From positions 9,486,001-9,550,000 of the forward strand of contig CM069131.1 in assembly GCA_035221665.1 (NCBI GenBank): 64,000 bases of DNA. The letters run 5' to 3'. The notes beneath the pieces are model-generated. The model had not been told where the DNA came from, did no database searches, and saw only the letters and a list, made by a program, of their open reading frames with translations. How positions within the stretch are numbered: position 1 is the stretch's first letter; every line of letters starts with the position of its first letter. Below, piece after piece: positions 62,707 to 64,000 of this stretch. The DNA comes from Okamejei kenojei (taxonomy: Eukaryota). Made by a program: the position numbers and the translations under genes.

Positions 62707-63404
62707 TAATACTCTATATCACCATCCTTCAAAAATGTTTTTTTTTTTTCCGCATTGAACTACTTTGGGCAGTTTGTGTTAAAGAAATCTGCAAAGTTCA
62801 CAGGTGCTTTATTTTCCAGATATCCCTTTCAAAGAATTTCCATCAGTCACATTTAGCCAGTTGCATTGTGTGCATTAGAGGCAGTCAATTGAAAAAGTGT
62901 CTGGTAAACATAAAGACAGAACTTGCTGACAGAGGAAAATAATTGCGCTTCATAAAGCTCCAAAGGGTAAAAAAATCAAGCAAAGCACATGCTTTATAGG
63001 GAGAGATGGAACGGGTGATGTTTTGGGTCGAGACCCTTCTTCAGACTAGTAGGGATAAGGGAGACAAGAGATATACACAGCGATGTAGAGAGATATATGA
63101 ATGAAAGATATGCAAAAAAGTAACAATCAGCCAAGATTGAATTGCAGAGTAAACCAAATGGGCCGAATGGCCTAATTCTGCTCCTGTCACTTATGGCCAG
63201 ATGACCAATTGGCTGACTTTTAACAGCAAGTTCTTAGCAGAAGTTTCACTGGAAGCTGGTCCTATTCAATGACTATTCCCAACCCAGTAGTGAGCTCAGA
63301 TAGTGGGCTAGATTGCTCCCCGAGCTTAATTTTGCCTCACCGTGGAAGGGAAATTTGAGCAAACCCAGTCCGTTTTTTTAAATCTTTTGTATCAAAAACA
63401 AATG

Positions 63405-63742
63405 GCGCTGAAACCTTAAAGATAGACACACAATGTTGAACAAAATTCAGTGGGTCAGGCTACATCTCTGGAGATATGGAATAGGTGACGTTTCAAAACT
63501 CTCGTCAGAAAGAGGAAGAGGACGTCTTCAAAATAGGCATATCTTGAGAAGATGTTGCAATGGAAGAGATAAATTGTATCGGAAAGAATGCAGGTGCTGG
63601 CTGTATGAGTCTGAACAAAGATCTCGATCCAAGACGTCGCCTATTCCTTTTCTCCAGAGATGCTGCCTGTCCTGCTGAGTTACTCCAGAATGTTGTATCT
63701 ATCTTCGGTGTAAGCCAGCATTTGTAGTTCCTTCCTACGAAA
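63405..63742. mobile_element. Degenerate fold-back Penelope-derived element
   Basis: Minus-strand tail 63405-63500 and plus-strand tail 63608-63742 around a spacer. Confidence 0.7.
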
Positions 63743-64000
63743 GGACCTGTCAGAAGTTCCTTTCATCTCCTGAGTGTTGAACGATTCTGAAACCTCCATC
63801 TTCTCCCAAATCCTTAAGCTGTGCTATCTTACCCTTAGACTTTAGAGTTTCTCTTGGTTTTCATCTTTTTCAAAATTAACTTTTTCCAGTAATGTGATAT
63901 TTTCATGACCACATTGATTCCAATATTTTTATCATTGCCCTAACAATTCTGTACTGATGCACACATCATTTTACAGCTTTTGCTAACCTTTCCTTGTTCA

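Noticed and set aside
62294-62758. Cys/Val- and His/Thr-rich ORFs
   Set aside because: Translations of a (GT)n compound microsatellite

Overview
Eukaryotic, repeat-dense genomic DNA, most likely from a cartilaginous fish (skate/ray-like, inferred from the V-SINE/CR1/Penelope repeat content). The only host gene is a + strand tolloid-family metalloproteinase, most similar to TLL1. Nine internal coding exons (4032-57880) have GT-AG boundaries and consistent phases. They encode the second half of CUB1, then CUB2, EGF1, CUB3, EGF2 and the first half of CUB4; both ends of the gene lie outside the window. The introns hold many tRNA-derived V-SINEs, CR1/L2/Rex/RTE LINE fragments, a decayed Hero-like (RLE-type) non-LTR element, a structurally complete but decayed DIRS1-type tyrosine-recombinase retrotransposon, PIF/Harbinger-like and hAT MITEs, and many Penelope-like element (PLE) pieces. 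The most striking signal is a recurrent minimal hammerhead-ribozyme motif (CTGAAGA-A-GGGTCTCGACCC-GAAACGTC). It is carried by PLE 3' ends and by 170-250 bp non-coding fold-back mini-elements with 12-17 bp target-site duplications; several copies lie in the sense orientation of the tolloid pre-mRNA. All calls are by eye; no searches were run.
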